64,000 bases of DNA from NCBI GenBank assembly GCA_965207075.1, contig CBDBLO010000002.1, forward strand, positions 2,121,282-2,185,281. The letters are read 5' to 3'. The position numbers were made by a program, and so were the translations under genes. Below are positions 60,359 through 64,000 of this stretch, piece after piece; position 1 is the stretch's first letter; each line of letters opens with the position of its first letter. Below the pieces are notes generated by a model. That model worked only from the letters and a program-made list of their open reading frames with translations. It was not told the origin of the DNA and did no database searches. Origin of the DNA: Nitrosopumilus sp. GTDB lineage: Archaea; Thermoproteota; Nitrososphaeria; Nitrososphaerales; Nitrosopumilaceae.

Positions 60359-63300
60359 CTGGAGATACTTCACGGGGGAGAGCTTGACGGATCTCTCGTC
60401 ATATGGGCCGAGACGTCGGATCCGGGGGGGCCCGGGGGCCCGGGGCCCGCAGTACGGCGCAGGGAGGTACCCGTTCGGGGTGGGGGCGCGCCGGCTTGGC
60501 AGGATTCTGGACTCGCTCGGGGTGGGCGCCGGCAAGGGAGGGAGGGGGAGGAGAAGCGGGACGATCCGCATGCGCGCGGCAAACGTGTGGCTTCCGACGC
60601 GCGCAAACGGCAGCCCCATACCGTCAAGCGGCATGATCGACGGGTACGCGTCAAGGCCGTCGGGCGCCAGGCGCGTCCCGTGGGTGGTTGACGCCGCAGA
60701 GCTCTCCGAAGGCGGCGCGGCGGACATACTGGGCCGGATAATGGGGAGCCGGGCAGTAGAGTACGACGCGGGCAGCAGCATCATAATCGGATCCGATCTC
60801 GCATACATGGCAGAGTCCGCGCGCCTGGCGGGGCTGATTGTCGCCGGGCAGCAGTACCTGCCGCATATCGAGCCGGTTCCGGGCGCGGAGGGCGGCGGGT
60901 GGTGGTACGAGGTGTCATGGAACCCGGTGATAACCGCGGAATACTCTGAGCAGTTCGAGTCGCTGTCGGGGCGCATGCCGGGGGCGGTGCGGGCAATCAC
61001 CAAGACGCGTGATGCGGGTGCGGGGCGGAAGGGCGGGCGGGGCGGAAGGGCGGGCGCCCCGTCCTACCGTACCGACGGCCCCAGGAACCCGCCGCAGGCC
61101 GTGCTGCTGCGCTTTGTCCGGCGCATGGTAGACCATCTCGTGCGGGACTCCGTCTCCGCGGGGGCCCGGGCGCCCGCGGCGGGCCCCGGGTTTGACAGCG
61201 CGCACGACGCGTGGATGCACCACCTCCGGAGCCCGGAGCCGACTGAGATAAGCGGGCCCGACGTGAGGCGCCTGCACGAACAGGTGGAGGAGTGGCAGCG
61301 GCCGGTCTCGCTGCAGGCAAGATCGCCGCTCCGCCTCTGCTTCCGGCTCGAGGAGCCCGCAGGATCCGACGACGCGTGGCTGATACGCTACCTGCTCCAG
61401 CCCAGGAGCGACCCCAGCCTGCTGGTCCCCGCAGACAAGGCGTGGAATGCCAGATCCTCGGCAGTCGCGCTGCCCAGGGGCGTCAACGCAAAGGAGGCAC
61501 TGCTCACGTCGCTGGGCCAGGCCTCCCGAATCATGCCCGCGCTCACCGACGGGCTTGATGCGGCGGGCGGGGGCGGGGGCGGGGGCGGCGCCAGCATGAG
61601 GGGGTACGCGACTGACACGGACGGGGCGTACCGGTTCCTTACGCGCGAGGCCGCCGCGCTGCGCCAGGCCGGCTACGGGGTGATCCTCCCCGCGTGGTGG
61701 ACCGGCCGCGGATCCAAGGCCCGGATAAGGGCGCAGGCCAACGTCCGGGCGCCCCGCATGAAGGCGCGCGGGCTGTTTGACTTTCGGAGCGTGGTCTCCT
61801 TTGACTGGAAGGTCGCAATAGGCGACCAGGAGATGACCCTCGGGGAGCTGCGGGATCTTGCAAGGGCCAAGGCCCCGCTTGTCCGGATGCGCGGCGAATG
61901 GGCCGAGGTCTCCCCGGAGGACATCCGGCAGGCCGTCCGGTTCCTGCAGAAGGGGGGCGGCTCCGGCAGGGCGCCGTTCCTTGACGTGATCCGGATGGGC
62001 GCCGGCGCGGCGGGCGTCCCGGGCGGGGGCGGCGGCAGCGGCGGCGGGATCGACGTCGAGGTCACCAGCAGGGACGGCCACGTCAGGCGGATCCTCGACC
62101 AGCTCGCCGACAAGACGAAGCTCAGGGACTTGGCGCAGCCCGCCGGCTTTTCCGGCACGCTCAGGCCCTACCAGCTGCGCGGGTTCTCGTGGATGGCGTT
62201 CCTGCAAAGGTGGGGGCTCGGGGGGTGCCTGGCCGACGACATGGGGCTGGGCAAGACCATCCAGGTGCTGGCCCTCATCCAGCGGCACGCGCGGCAGTCG
62301 GCGGGCTCCCGGAAGCCGTTTTTGCTCGTGTGCCCGACCTCCGTGATAGGCAACTGGAAGAGGGAGGCGGGGCGGTTCACGCCGGGGCTGGACGTCGCGG
62401 TGCACCACGGCGCGGACCGGGCGAGGGGCGCCGCGGCGTTCCGGAGGATGGCCGGCGGGCACGACGTCGTGGTGTCAAGCTACGGGCTGCTGCACCGCGA
62501 CCTCAAGGCATTCCGGGACGCGGGATGGGGCGGCATCGTGCTCGACGAGGCCCAGAACATCAAGAACCCGAACACAAAGCAGGCCCAGGCGGCGCGCGCG
62601 GTGGGCGCGGACTGCCGGTTTGCCCTGACCGGCACCCCGGTGGAGAACAACGTCGGCGACCTGTGGTCGATCATGGAGTTCCTCAACCCCGGCCTCCTGG
62701 GCGGCCAGTCCTCGTTCAAGCGCGACTTTTTCGTCCCGATCCAGATGCTGCAGGATGCGGGGGCCGCCGAGAGGCTCAAGACGGCCACCGGCCCCTTTGT
62801 CCTGCGGAGGCTCAAGACGGACAGATCGATAATATCGGACCTGCCAGAAAAGGTGGAGACCAAAACGTACTGCCAGCTGACGAGGGAGCAGGCGACCCTC
62901 TACGAGGCCGTAATCGAGGACGTGGGCGGAGTCCTGGGGATGGACGGCGGGGGCGGGGGCGGCCGTCCCGGGGCGGCCGGCCGCGGGCCGCGGAGGGGCG
63001 AATCCGACGTGAGCGCCTTTAGGCGCAAGGGGCTGATACTCGCCGCCCTCACAAAGCTAAAGCAGGCGTGCGACCATCCCGCCGTGCTCCTAAAGGACAA
63101 CTCGCAGTCATCCGGCGGCGGCGGCGGCGGCGCGCGCTCCGGCAAGCTGATGCGGCTGACCGAGATGCTGTCGGAGGTGACGGAGGCCGGCGACAGCGCC
63201 CTTGTATTTACGCAGTTCGTGGAGATGGGCCGCATCATCAGGGACCACCTCCAGGGGGCGCTGGGCCGCGAGACGCTCTTCCTGCACGGGGGGACGCCGA

Positions 63301-63785
63301 GGAGCCAGCGGGACGCGATGATCGAGCGCTTTCAGGAGGGGCATGACGATGGCGCGGGCGGCGGCGGCGGCGGCAAGGGCCCCAAGAACGGCAAGAACCC
63401 CGAGAGTGGTGGCGGCGGCGGCAAAGGTGGCAGGGCCGTCGAGCCGAAGATATTCGTAATATCCCTCAGGGCGGGGGGCACGGGGCTGAACCTGACTGCG
63501 GCAAGCCACGTGTTCCACTTTGACCGGGGGTGGAATCCGGCCGTGGAGGACCAGGCGACGGACAGGGCGTTTAGGATAGGGCAGAGGCGCAACGTCCAGG
63601 TCCACAAGATGATCTGCTCCGGGACGCTGGAGGAGCGGATAGACGACACCATAGAGATGAAGAAGGGCGTCTCTGAGATGGTCGTCGGGGCCGGGGAGAA
63701 CTGGCTTACGGAGATGTCAAACGAGGATCTGAGGAGCATACTGGCCCTGAGCGCGGACGCGACCATGGCGGCGGAGGATTCCTGA
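60359..63785 (+). CDS. SNF2-family helicase (DUF3670 type), apparent +1 frameshift near the N-terminus
   Basis: LRPYQ, LADDMGLGKT, LDEAQ, LTGTP, QATDRAFRIGQ. The N-terminal LEILHGGELDGSLVIWAE is in another frame. Confidence 0.88.
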
Positions 63786-63787
63786 CC

Positions 63788-64000
63788 ATGCCGTACTGGG
63801 AATACTACGCGCCGCGCAGGCCCAAGCCCGTGAAGGGCGGCATAAGGGCCCAGTCAAGAAGGGGCCAGTTCGGCAAGAGCTGGTGGGCCAAGCGCTGGAA
63901 CGAGGTGCTCGAGGGCTACGGTCTCGGGGCGCGCCTAGGCCGGGGGCAGTCGTACGCCCGAGGGGGGCAGGTCGCGTCGCTCGACATCTCGTCCGGGCTG
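63788..64000 (+). CDS. SWIM zinc-finger family protein (partial), usual SNF2 partner
   Basis: FGKSWWAKRW...RLGRGQSYARGGQV N-terminus; runs off the window. Confidence 0.8.
   Translation, partial: MPYWEYYAPRRPKPVKGGIRAQSRRGQFGKSWWAKRWNEVLEGYGLGARLGRGQSYARGGQVASLDISSGL

Overview
This is a high-GC archaeal chromosome segment. Gene content and order (split coxB-coxA-cupredoxin-ctaA, thrC plus ubiquitin-like::ThiF, Rieske-cytochrome b, ctaB-Lrp) point to Nitrososphaerota (Nitrosopumilaceae). The GC level and many Gly/Ser microsatellite insertions suggest a Cenarchaeum-like symbiont (inference). The housekeeping backbone is interrupted by a ~26.2 kb island integrated at the 3' end of tRNA-Lys(CTT), bounded by att repeats at 7873-7893 and 34108-34128 with an integrase beside attL. 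The island carries a non-canonical long-variable-arm tRNA with a CCT anticodon plus a decayed second one, a family of 22-26 bp direct/inverted repeats bracketing small genes, and three 44-46 bp palindromes. It also carries IS5 and IS630 elements, a type I R-M operon containing a HEPN gene and an MNT::HsdS fusion, a Schlafen/AlbA_2 protein, an OLD-family nuclease and further HEPN-like genes. A second accessory zone (45-58 kb) holds IS481, an IS6 relic, Fic, MNT, an AAA-DUF4143 ATPase, an AbiEii relic, a second integrase, and a TnpB gene enclosed by IS1595-like terminal inverted repeats. The window ends in a frameshifted SNF2 helicase and a SWIM-type partner gene. All calls come from manual reading and motif recognition; no database searches were run.
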